NCBI GenBank assembly: GCA_964187785.1
Contig: OZ076414.1
Span: 6,758,001 to 6,822,000 of the forward strand
DNA length: 64,000 bases
Source: Amphiscolops sp. MND2022
Lineage: Eukaryota
Reading direction: 5' to 3'
Below are positions 54,601-61,000 of this stretch, piece by piece. A program made the position numbers and the translations under genes. The notes under the pieces are model-generated. The model was not told the origin of the DNA. It did no database searches and was given only the letters and a program-made list of their open reading frames with translations. How positions within the stretch are numbered: position 1 is the stretch's first letter; each line of letters starts with the position of its first letter.

Positions 54601-57273
54601 TTGGTCTTGGTCGCAGAGGACAATACGGCTCCACTTCAATGGCCCATAGCCAGGATTCTTGAGCTTTATTTGGGGAATGATGATATTCCTCGAGTTGCAA
54701 AGATCAAAACAAAATGGGCTACTCTTATACGACCAGTCTCTAAACTTCGACCTTTCCCTTCAGAAGCTGTCTGAGTTATTACTCAATTCAAATACAAGGA
54801 TGCAGCGTGATTCATGGCTTGTACCTACCCTACCCATTTTCAATCCCCCACGAAACATTCATACAAATCAACTTCTGACAAAGTATTGAGCAATCTAAAA
54901 GGAGTACAAATATTGAAACTAGTTCAACGCGGGGAGAATGTTGGATATCGAAAGGCAATCATGCAATTCATCATGAAATAACTCATTCAAAAATCATAGT
55001 TTGTTCATAAATTCATTCAGCTTCAATGGAATAGAAATGCTAAGTTGTTCATGCCGATAACCATTTCAGTTGTTTTCAATTTCCCGCTCTAAATCAGTTC
55101 TAACTTCTCGTTAACTCTCTTTCTCAATCAGAAAACAATTTTGATAGAAACAACAGTTTTTATCGATCAGCTAGTTTAGCACATATATAGAACAACAGTC
55201 TCTATTATTGAGTTATTCTAGCACCGTACACAATGTAACAAAGTCGCCGAAAACTTCGAAGAGCCCGCACGGATTCAGAGGACGCTGAAGAGTCTGATTA
55301 CCATTCCAACGATACAGACGAAGAATGTGAGGAGTTCCAGGAGCTGCGGCCGAAGAAAGTGTCCGGCAACCACCGTCAACACTTCATAGGCTCTCTCAAA
55401 TCAAGGTGAAAACACAAGCCCTCCTCTGTGAAGAGTAGCGATGCTTGTAGCTTTTCTATCATTGAAAAGAATCGATGAACAAGAAGCAACTGGTTGTAAC
55501 AATAGAAAATTCAGGAATTCAAATAGACGAAGAAACTCTTAATGGCTTCAAGACTAAGTCCAGCGGTGTGTTAGGAAGTTGACATGCCAAATTCACACTT
55601 TTGAGGCGAAAACTTTGGCATTTTAAGTATCGTGTCACTTGAGATCCGCATGGGACATACTTGTCATTGGGACGTACGTCAATATCTACTTCTTGGCTCA
55701 ATATTTTGGCGAAAAGGAGCAAAACATGCAATCTATGATATAGGGGAAAAAGGCAGAATTCTGGAGTTTGAACAGTTTCTCTTTGTAACTCAAGTCTTTG
55801 CTTGGTAGAATCCAACTGGCCGCTTTCTGCTGAACACTTTCGATGATCTTGAGATTGCTTTTGGACGGCTTCCAAAGAGCAGAGCCATAGCTTATAACTT
55901 CTGTTTGAAGTCAACTATTCAGCGCCAGTTAATCTAACAATTTCACTCGCATTTGACATTTTCGTCGCTTGACTTCGCGTTTTTATCGTTTTGACTTTAC
56001 ATTTTGCCCACCATTGATGTTAATGACCTCTTTAGGTCCTTAAAACCAGCTTCCCTATCACAAAAATTAATTTGTGATATGCTGTTTTATAGACGAGCAT
56101 ATTTTTTGCGATTTCGTGTTTTGTTTTATAAATTAGTTCTCCGCTTGCCGATGTTTTCACATTTATTTTCACGGGACCGTTACTGACACTGCAAGGAGGC
56201 TCTGCAGCTTGCTGCGTTTCGACACCTTCCACACCATTTTGACAAGCCCCCTCTGTAACCTGGGCCATTCATACGTAGACCATTATCTTTTTGGTATCGA
56301 GGCGCACGGTCCATTTATTGTTTAGAAGACTAGAGGAGAAAAGAGTTAAAACCAGCTTCCCTGAATAATTATAACTTCGAAATCCAAAATCGGTTCGAAA
56401 CATTCGAATCAATAGTAATACTTTCCATCAAATAATTTGAAATAATCCTTTAGAAAGGCCACTGATTGAAATGATCGCGGTGAATATGGAGGAAAAAATT
56501 CAATTGTGCAGTAATATATTGAAACTTTTGGACAAAATCCATTAGATCCAATGAATCAGTAAACCTTGATGACTTCAAATCTGTCAATTTTAAATTCGTC
56601 AGTTATACGATCCCCAAATTAATCAAAACTGAAATTAAATACTCACCCGTATATAATGAATTCTGATAAATTCAAAAATCAAATGAATTAATGAAAATTA
56701 ATCAAAACAAATTAAACCTCGCTCGTATAGAATTGATTCTGATGAACTTATTCATAATACGAATGAATCACTCAAATCAGCGAAATCAAAAATTGAACCA
56801 TTTCCAGAATGATCTCCCACGCTTGAGAAGAGCTTTCAAGAAGCCGTCTAAGTCAAAGCGACCATTGATACAGAAATTGAGCTCTTGAACTTGATTCCAG
56901 AATCCCATTTTGTTGAACAGAACTGTTTTTTGAAGAATTAATTTAGTCAATGAATCGACTTGTATGAAATAGTTCATGGAAAGACGATTGAATTCGAACA
57001 GTCAAACTTGTGAAAACTCACTCATTATTATTATTATTATGTGGATGAGAGATTTTAATGAGATGAAAGCATCGATGAACTAACCTGTAGTCCTTTGGCC
57101 AAAGGATCCACGCCCGTATCAATGATGGCAATGGTAATTCCACGACCATCATATTCGGGATAAAGACGCAAAAATGAAGCAGTTTCAGTTTCCGTCTTGG
57201 GGACCAAATCATGATAAGGAAAATCTATTGGGATGTCAGGTACTTTCCCACAGCTCGCCGATACGTCCGTCAT
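3539..57273 (-). CDS. TPP2: Tripeptidyl-peptidase II (subtilase S8), 19 coding exons in window, 3' end outside window
   Basis: Exons are colinear with known TPP2 motifs: [21 protein letters not shown] (Asp), HGTHVAGIA (His), NGTSMSSP (Ser), [39 protein letters not shown]. Splice phases are consistent across all junctions given the non-GT donors noted. Confidence 0.97.
4545..4705. repeat. Perfect palindrome: two 80-bp arms, 1-nt spacer (centre 4625)
   Basis: 4545-4624 is the exact reverse complement of 4626-4705, checked base by base. Confidence 0.97.
4757..4842 (-). CDS. TPP2: TPP2 exon 18 (RSTSLSKGD...[12 protein letters not shown])
   Basis: Acceptor TTCTCCAG at phase 2; the only phase-1 donor that fits is CCAG|GCACGA (GC-AG intron). 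Confidence 0.85.
5000..5290. repeat. Two tail-to-tail ends of a dispersed repeat family (...GAGCCTTAGATATRGCGCCGACTT + short hairpin + TTGTT)
   Basis: The same terminal motif recurs at about 8040-8125, 8920-8975, 20465-20496 (-), 22391-22420 and 23420-23460. Architecture resembles Helentron/HINE 3' ends (inference). Confidence 0.6.
5456..5525 (+). pseudogene. tRNA-like sequence (tRNA pseudogene or SINE head)
   Basis: A-box TGGCACAGTGG, B-box GGTTCGAATC, CCCT/AGGG acceptor-like pairing and trailing T run; anticodon loop irregular. Confidence 0.5.
5630..5742. repeat. 22-bp tandem repeat (GTTATATCCGAACTTTGAAAAC), about 4 copies
   Basis: Directly visible; the motif also occurs singly near 5320 and 7970. 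Confidence 0.8.
5838..5991 (-). CDS. TPP2: TPP2 exon 17 ([10 protein letters not shown]...NKAAAF)
   Basis: Acceptor TTCGCAG; donor CAG|GTCACT; matches the KGDYTIRLQIR motif. Confidence 0.9.
6129..6552. mobile_element. Mutator/Foldback-like MITE
   Basis: 9-bp TSD CAATTGAAT (6120-6128, 6553-6561). Inverted arms are built from tandem ACAGATTTCGTCCCA motifs. Confidence 0.85.
7629..7837 (-). CDS. TPP2: TPP2 exon 16 ([11 protein letters not shown]...YSCVLGK)
   Basis: [18 protein letters not shown] motif; CTGAC branch-like site then TACAG acceptor (alternative acceptor 7830); donor AAAG|GTACTA. Confidence 0.9.
8520..8975 (+). repeat. Dispersed repeat with internal ~60-bp AAAGGGTCC subrepeats, ending in the hairpin-TTGTT motif
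   Basis: Related sequence in opposite orientation at about 13100-13560 and a partial copy at about 23290-23460. Confidence 0.65.
9113..9324 (-). CDS. TPP2: TPP2 exon 15 ([10 protein letters not shown]...[11 protein letters not shown]...RDVF); 3' boundary uncertain (9113, 9140 or 9172)
   Basis: Acceptor TTTCAG at phase 0; matches the TLRP..K.KPL..RD motif. Candidate donors: GA|GTATGG (9113), AG|GGATTA (9140), GGG|GTTCCA (9172, needs acceptor 7830). Confidence 0.8.
9440..11380 (+). mobile_element. Degenerate 5'-truncated LINE (RT plus C-terminal CCHC region)
   Basis: Fragments [40 protein letters not shown] and CSCG....NAYHFFFSC across frameshifts; AT-rich 3' tail. Confidence 0.85.
11618..11782 (-). 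CDS. TPP2: TPP2 exon 14 (VVPSLLMEV...EVSFHG...RIDLR)
   Basis: SFHG motif; weak acceptor CTCGAAG; donor AGG|GTACGT. Confidence 0.85.
12007..12517. mobile_element. Foldback-type MITE with tandem-motif inverted arms
   Basis: Tandem GAAAACTCAACAC units at the left and TGTGTTGAGTTTTC units at the right; only a 5-6 bp flanking match (CTGGT), so superfamily is uncertain. Confidence 0.7.
13562..13632 (-). pseudogene. tRNA-derived sequence (Glu-like head) adjoining a dispersed repeat
   Basis: Minus strand TGGTCTAGTGG A-box, TTTTCAA loop and GTTCGAACC B-box; anticodon and acceptor stems are poorly paired. Confidence 0.5.
14134..14291 (-). CDS. TPP2: TPP2 exon 13 (GASFATVKL...KLVLHCLQV...FSFE)
   Basis: Acceptor TTTTTCCAG; donor GAG|GTCAGG; matches GATWAEV...FVLHAVQL. 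Confidence 0.85.
14789..15312. mobile_element. MITE, 524 bp, with long TIRs and TA flanks
   Basis: TIR CACCGTTTCTAATTTAGATGAACAAAATTTCAA at both ends, flanked by TA/TA. Confidence 0.85.
15770..16032 (-). CDS. TPP2: TPP2 exon 12 (MLYLTN...[10 protein letters not shown]...FLRPPE)
   Basis: GPLFRVP-type motif; acceptor GACTTCAG; donor GAAG|GTGAGA. Confidence 0.92.
16630..16804 (-). CDS. TPP2: TPP2 exon 11 (TKRGILL...QPWVDVP)
   Basis: RGI.L and W.Q.P-type motifs; acceptor TTTTCTAG; donor CC|GTAACG. Confidence 0.88.
17258..17412 (-). CDS. TPP2: TPP2 exon 10 (RAIQNTA...[11 protein letters not shown]...SAK); alternative donor at 17231
   Basis: Matches RALENTA..G.GIIQV.KA; acceptor TGTTGTAG; donors AAAG|GTACCA or CATT|GTAAGC, both phase 1. 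Confidence 0.88.
18239..18416 (-). CDS. TPP2: TPP2 exon 9 with catalytic Ser (NGTSMSSP)
   Basis: APGGAITSV...[12 protein letters not shown]; acceptor TTCAG; donor CAG|GTACGT. Confidence 0.97.
18834..20143 (-). mobile_element. Tc1-family DNA transposon (DD34E transposase), 3'-truncated
   Basis: 330-aa ORF with HTH-like N-terminus, [14 protein letters not shown] and SPDLNPIE (34 residues between D and E). One TIR CAGTGCCTCACGAAAGTG plus TA at 20143-20145. Homology is lost after ...EWNKI (about 18897); second TIR not found. Confidence 0.92.
20885..20990 (-). repeat. tRNA-derived (Pol III box-containing) repeat fragment
   Basis: Minus strand TGGCCTAG A-box-like and GGTTCGAGTC B-box, with spacing too long for a tRNA. 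Confidence 0.35.
21134..21324 (-). CDS. TPP2: TPP2 exon 8 (FGNNGP...WSSRGP)
   Basis: GNNGP and WSSRGP motifs; acceptor CGTCAG; donor TCG|GTGAGT. Confidence 0.95.
21991..22083 (-). CDS. TPP2: TPP2 exon 7 ([30 protein letters not shown])
   Basis: Not in the ORF track; manual translation matches YGEA...GRI.E.I...V.KH...VSS. Acceptor TGTACAG; donor CAG|GTAAGC. Confidence 0.92.
22675..22779 (-). CDS. TPP2: TPP2 exon 6 ([22 protein letters not shown]...ANYS)
   Basis: IGD.R...METGT motif; acceptor TTGCAG; the in-frame donor reads CAG|TTATGC (non-canonical). Confidence 0.9.
23500..23734 (-). CDS. TPP2: TPP2 exon 5 with catalytic His (HGTHVAGIA...[10 protein letters not shown])
   Basis: HGTHV motif; acceptor CTTTAG; donor CAG|GTATGT. 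Confidence 0.97.
23771..24120. mobile_element. hAT-family MITE, 350 bp
   Basis: 8-bp TSD AAAGCAGG (23763-23770, 24121-24128); TIRs CAGGGTTCAC / GAGGGTTCGC; lies about 35 bp from the exon 5 acceptor. Confidence 0.85.
25681..26150 (+). mobile_element. Degenerate, internally deleted Tc1/mariner transposase
   Basis: [21 protein letters not shown] (first catalytic Asp region) and a later MDWPACSP motif; boundaries approximate. Confidence 0.65.
26511..26736 (-). CDS. TPP2: TPP2 exon 4 (TSRSDEQ...[16 protein letters not shown]...CVDTSFT)
   Basis: D.GP..D..VW.DG motif; acceptor TTTGCAG; donor CAG|GTTGGT. Confidence 0.92.
27504..27721 (-). CDS. TPP2: TPP2 exon 3 ([11 protein letters not shown]...RKQALWEE...SSTSS)
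   Basis: GIKN..D.YP motif; acceptor TTTTTCAG; phase-0 donor TCG|GTTTGT. Confidence 0.88.
27888..28409. mobile_element. MITE with CCAGAGATGTTAC TIRs (hAT-like termini) and internal GCATAATT motifs
   Basis: 13-bp perfect inverted termini; no clean TSD. Confidence 0.7.
29742..29916 (-). CDS. TPP2: TPP2 exon 2 ([22 protein letters not shown]...[10 protein letters not shown])
   Basis: TTDG.PKI.D.IDTTG.GDV motif; acceptor TTCAG; donor TAG|GTAGGA. Confidence 0.96.
30110..30330 (+). mobile_element. CRE-like non-LTR retrotransposon 3' remnant (end of restriction-like endonuclease)
   Basis: [43 protein letters not shown] resembles the F.P.VF.T.GG.G..A..F.KRLA..I..K....Y..VM.WIR consensus as I recall it. 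Confidence 0.55.
31200..33540 (+). mobile_element. Degenerate CR1/L2-like LINE (ORF1 end, AP endonuclease, start of RT); repeated at about 36060-38000 and 41130-43060
   Basis: RMIIVELK (ORF1-like), DVI.VSETWF, GGVLIL and [10 protein letters not shown] (APE), TGPDEI..LA.EISHHL (RT N-terminus); many stops. Confidence 0.75.
31676..48185. repeat. Tandem array of a ~5-kb composite unit (3 near-full copies plus a deleted fourth) in TPP2 intron 1
   Basis: Anchor CTAAATCCTTGAAAGG at 31676, 36061 and 41127. Repeated ORFs: MFEQSG at 33070/37530/42590 and MTKISMET at 35495/40558/48025. A ~2.7-kb deletion occurs at about 45672. Confidence 0.95.
48190..49274 (-). mobile_element. Degenerate RTE-clade LINE RT fragment, interrupted by the BEL element
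   Basis: Minus-strand fragments [39 protein letters not shown] and [16 protein letters not shown]. Confidence 0.8.
49275..55230 (+). mobile_element. Full-length BEL/Pao LTR retrotransposon
   Basis: 292-bp TG...CA LTRs (49275-49566, 54939-55230) that read as identical; TGGTGGCC PBS-like motif; PPT GCGGGGAGAA; flanks CAGTG/CAATG (5-bp TSD with one mismatch). Confidence 0.97.
49648..54774 (+). CDS. BEL/Pao gag-pol polyprotein, 1708 aa, uninterrupted
   Basis: DUF1759-type [11 protein letters not shown], three Cys/His knuckles, [60 protein letters not shown] tail. Confidence 0.97.
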   Translation: MGDETEAQRLTKLTRTRGGTRAAATKRMNRLDEILADQVDTETKLELAALCNLLKKHRQTLDEMNLEIQGLTNIDDIDGEIASSEDYDAKIELAIQRATTKLATDRSSTTITSNNSSGGNQDSRLKLPKLDIPKFDGSYSQWTSFVDLFDGAVDSNTNLSSSQKLFYLKGLLTGEAKRLLSAITITDANYGKARTMLQERYENRRAIVREHISSIVTASTATKEAGSLRNLMQTADEHRRALEALGLNMDEMDIYTVYHVVEKMDAESRREWELEHPGTDLLKYEDLHKFLITRCRALEAAHGSKQSANRGIEFGQAQNGGKRNHSLSVTQTNKCPQCKQAHGLFACDEFKKKTVDNRRKFVRDEGLCFNCLRSGHTAKDCSSTKKCKLCNKSHNTMLHINQNNVAASVASDETTKTSTCTQIATAMGSSYQVLLQTANIQVLNKQGRPVFCRALLDSGSQINLMTNACRAKLGLALENADSSFTVAGTGKIAPSGKCKIQLPIKDSIITTPALVVKGGLTMPLPSVEFDRPIDLPKLPLADSKFNIPSEIDILIGAELYESLRTGKTIKHGDLHFTSTAFGYVVSGPIKTKSKGSPIVNHIMTQDDCLQKFWETEEIPFSPENTWTKEERECSKHYDETTTRQSDGRFVVEMPFKKPTPAFGDSFKQARLRFEAQERRLQRNPGVKEQYKAFIKEFEDMGHLEEVPPDELDNGCENHYYLPHHAVFKESSTTTKLRVVFDGSAKTSSGVSLNDILMIGPVLQPNIFDLLIRFRLYKFGLTADVAKMYRQTALAKKARRFHRLSWRDNPKDEFRHLQLTRVIYGIASSGYHAVRSLQETAKLTENENVRTAILEGFYVDDFLSGCNTLEDAKGLQDELIATLEKAKLPLRKWVSNDQTLVERLPPDMRGGDLVNLFEADSTIRTLGITWQPQKDHFKFTCTLPKINPPVTKRQILSEIAKLFDPIGWLTPITIKAKIWIQRLWTLGLAWDEPLAENLIEEFNADIKGIETLETFTLNRFITDCDPVKHEIHCFTDASIHAYAATVYLVTEKATGERISHLIAAKSKVAPIKTISLPRLELCGAQLGAKLTDKILKAFKSVNLKNLETFAWTDSTITLAWIQAVPSKWNTFVANRVADIQNFIPPSRWFHVPTKSNPADIASRGTHAPQIINNQLWWKGPQFLTSLNQWPDKPVIGEVAIEKRKIKPSVYSVVLPTPQQDHERFSQYKRLRNTQGYVLRFIRQLRSKGPQQLCLTLTELKSAQHQIVKDHQAQYFQEEIQLLREERQLPRKHKFIGLNPFIDETDGLMKVGGRLYQSDMDDNVKHPVLLQADSHLVKILIRHHHQQCLHAGPQSTLYNLRQQFWFVNARNVVRRIIQACTTCARFAHTSFQTPMGPLPEERITPSKPFTNCGIDFAGPFHIKLKGTLKSTEKVYISLFVCFATKAIHLEIVSSLTTEACIAALKRFVARRGVPAAIFSDNGTNFIGARNELIQLKLILAKRRNSVSQFATNLGTQWTMIPPRAPHFGGLWEAGVKAVKLHLKKIMGNTILSYEEFLTLVIQIEGILNSRPLSPMSSEPNDLEPLTPGHFLMGTCPNSLPEDPRQSNISSERRYHLVKKMRQQFWNRWTREYLNQLQNVSKWKHTGLQPKVNDLVLVAEDNTAPLQWPIARILELYLGNDDIPRVAKIKTKWATLIRPVSKLRPFPSEAV
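57085..57273 (-). CDS. TPP2: TPP2 exon 1 with catalytic Asp ([10 protein letters not shown])
   Basis: 63 codons from ATG; [17 protein letters not shown]; donor CAG|GTTAGT. Confidence 0.96.
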
Positions 57274-58067
57274 TTCTAATATCGAGTTCGAAGCTCAACC
57301 GATGTCACATTAGTCTAAAAATAGTTAATTGCATAAGTTTGAAGAAGATACTACATCGAATATAGAAGCTCAATCACGAAAGTCCGAAAAACGTGACAAA
57401 AACAAACAGCAGAGGGATATTAGAAAAAGATGAGAGGGAAATGAAAATACAGAGATGTCAAATATCAATGTGAAAACTTACTGAAGAACAACGAATTATA
57501 TTGTACTGCAGCCTAAAAACGACTACTGGGTGTACATGACTGTGCCAAATTTCATAAAAATTGTACAGACAGTTTCATTGAAAGCTCGGGAGGAAAAGTA
57601 CGAGTGCAAAAATCACTTTTCTAATAGACCAATATATTAGGGCCTGAGCTCCTTCTGGTCGTAGCTGGGTTGTCGGAAGATTGGTGAAGAGTAGTTATTG
57701 TCAATACTTTATTTTGTGTTGTGAGTTGATAAAGTGATTCAGTCAAGTGAAGATAAAATAACAAGCACATGTTTACAAACAACAATATCATACTAAATTA
57801 GTTCAGTCTGGTATAGTCTGAGATGGTTGACCTTTAATGGTCCTTTGACCTTCATCGATCTCTAACACCCCCGCTCGATGAGAGACTCCGAGGGTTGTTG
57901 TTTGATGATGGCGAACTACTGTGCTTGACCATCTGTCGTGTCAAGGCAGCGGTTGAGAGGGCTCTATCCATCAGTTGAAGAGAAGCTGAAAGTCGTCATT
58001 GTCCCAGTGATAACATAAACACAATAATGAGTAATTTAAAATAATTGAGTTGTGAGGGAGGCAAGGG

Positions 58068-61000
58068 TTAAGTTGTTGATCGGGGTGGCTGAATGACGAA
58101 GAGTTGCGATGAGAGCTCATTGAAGGCAGGCTTGGGTAGGTTCTTGGTGAAGATATCAGCCAAGTTGTTTTTTGTGGGGACATAAGACAGTTGAATGCGT
58201 TTGTCCTCAACCAGTTGACGGATGAAGTGGTTTCGGGTTTCTATGTGTTTAGCACGTTTGTGGGCGACAGGGTTGCTGGCCAATGCGAGTGCCCCTTGAT
58301 TGTCACCACACAACAGAACAGGCGTGTCCACCGTGATCAAGCAGAAGAATGTGAGCAAGCCTTGCAAATAGACTGCTTTCTGTGCAGCGAAAGCCAACGA
58401 AACATACTCGGCTTCACAAGAGCTAAGTGCCACACACCCTTGCTTTTTGGACCCCCAAGAGACAACACTACCAGAACGACTTAGTTTGAAGCAAAAACCC
58501 GAAGTTGACTTGCGATCGTCCTTGTCGGTGGGGGACCGCAACTAAGGTCTAAGGAATAAGATCTAAAGAAATTTCGTAACTAAGATCTAAAGAACTAAGA
58601 TCTAAAAAGCATGCACCGTAACTAAGGTCTAAATTGAATTAAAATAACGTCTAAGGAATAATGTGGGGTCATATACGGTGTATGCACGCTCGCCCTCACC
58701 GTCGCAAAGACCAGCTCCCACTACGATCGCTTCGCGATCTCCGTTCCCGCTAGGTCTTTGCTCCTGTTCGACCTCGCTTAGCAAGATGGGAACATAAGCG
58801 GCCCCAAGGGGCCGCAGGGCACTAGAGGAAATTGGGACATATCTGAGGCACGTTTTATACTTTAAAGCATTTTATACTTTACCGTAACATCTAAAAAATG
58901 GGAATAACGGAAATTAAAACGGGAATAACGTCTGAAATTTAGACTTTCGGTACGATTCGGGAGCTGGCATTCTCTAGATCTTAGTTACGAAAAATGACAT
59001 TTAGATCTTAGTTCTTTAGATCTTAGTTACAGAAGTGCGTTTCGATCTTATTCCTTAGATCGTAGTTTGTGCCCACTTGTCGGTGGCCCAATCGGAATCC
59101 GAAAAACCAAAAAGTTCGAGATTTTCAGAGCGGTTATACACAAGAGACAGAGACTCGGTGCCCTTGAGAAAACGGAGAAGGTGTTTCAATGCACACCAAT
59201 GGGCTTTACCAGGATTTGACACGAATTGTGCTAAGTTATAGACAGCAAAGCAAATATCGGGGCGACTAACAACGGACAAATACATTAAGTTTCCAACTAA
59301 GCTACGTTATTGTTTCTGTTCGCAAATATCAAGTGACTTTTCACTACCTTCGATAGGGCAGTCCGATTTTGACTGTTTCGTATGGGGAATAGCTGGAGTA
59401 CTGACTGGTTTACAATCAGACATATGACTTTTGCGCAAAATGTCCTTTATATATGACCGCTGACTAAGAGAAATGCGACCGCGTGACTGTTCAACATTGC
59501 ATCCCAAAAACCAAGTCATTTTCCCACGATCATCGATGCTGAATGCATCGCTGAGTTTCGCCTTGAAATCTTGCAGCATTTTGTCGTTGTTTGAAAAGTA
59601 CAATATGTCGTCGACCCAAACTAGTACAAAAAGTTGGGAACCATTAGTCCCATCGCAACGAAAAAGACAATGATCCTCGGCAGACTGTACAAATTCGTTC
59701 TTCAAAAACCACTGGGTTAAAGTTTTGTTCCATTCCCTCCCTGCTTGCTTTAAACCATAAAGGCATTTTTGAAGCTTGCAATAAAGTGTTTCACCATTAG
59801 CCACTGCTTGCGCGAAGCCTTCTGGTTGTTCTATATAAATTTCATCACTCAAGTTCGCATTGAGGAAGGCTGAACGGACGTCTAACTGAAAAACAAAAAA
59901 CGACCAAGAAGCAGCGAGCGCAAAACAAATCCTCAATGTACAAAGTTTGGCAGTAGGCGCAAAAGAATCATCGTAATCGTTCCCAAAAACTTGCGAAAAC
60001 CCTTGGGCTACGAAACGAGCCTTGAATTTTTCAATAGTTCCGTCGTCGTGTCGCTTAATTTTGAAAACCCACCGGCTTCCAATTGCTTTTCGGCCCGGGG
60101 GAAGCGAAGAAAGCACCCAGGTTTTGTTCTCAATAAGCGCATCGTACTCTTTTTGAGTAGCTTCGATCCATTCGCTTTTAAGCGATGACTTCATTGCTTC
60201 ACGATAAGTTAGATTCTCATCGCTGTCATCCGTTAAAAGAACGTAGTAGTCTAGATACGCAGGCGGTTTGATAACTCTGCCACTTCGAGACAGCAAAAAA
60301 GCACTACTTTCATTGGCATCATTGTTTTCAGATGAAACAACATCAACGGGGGAAGGAATTGTTTCAGTTTCGAAATCATTCAATGTTTCAGTCGGTAAAA
60401 AAGGAACTGAAGACGTTTCGCAAAAATGTTTCTGCGTTTCAGTCAAAACTTGTTTCGGTGCCGGTTTTTCGGTTACAAATGCTCGGATGTTTTGACTTGG
60501 GTGCGCAGCAAAAAAGTCGAAAGAAGTCTCATCAAAGGAGACGTTGCGAGAAAACGAAGACTTTTTAGAATAAGGATTGTACAAAATGTATGCTTCGGAA
60601 TCCTCAGAATAACCAACGAAAACTTCTTTGGTTGCTTTATCGGAAAGTTTGTCTTGATGCGTTTCAATGTGTTCGAAAGCAGTACATCCAAAAACTTTCA
60701 AGTTGGGAAGATCTGGTTTTTTACCAAAAAACATTTCGAAGGGCGTTTTACCTTTTGGTAAACTAACTGTGAGGCAACGGTTTGAAATGTAAAAAGCAGT
60801 GTGTGAGGCCTGAACCCAAAATTCATTGCCGAAATTTGCTGTTTTTAGCATGCAGCGAGCCATTTCGACTGTTGTTCGCCAGCGACGTTCACTCACACCA
60901 TTTTGATGAGGCGAATAAGGGGCAGTATGCTCACGTTTGATTCGGTTTGATATACAAAAATTTCGAAAAGACTTGGAAATGTACTCTTTCCCATTATCAG

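Noticed and set aside
30477-56211. 29-bp near-identical direct repeat (CTGACACTGYAAGGMGGCTCTGCAGCTTG) at 30477 and 56183 bracketing most of intron 1
   Set aside because: Most simply two copies of a small dispersed element; no TSD or other sign that the 25.7-kb interior is one unit.
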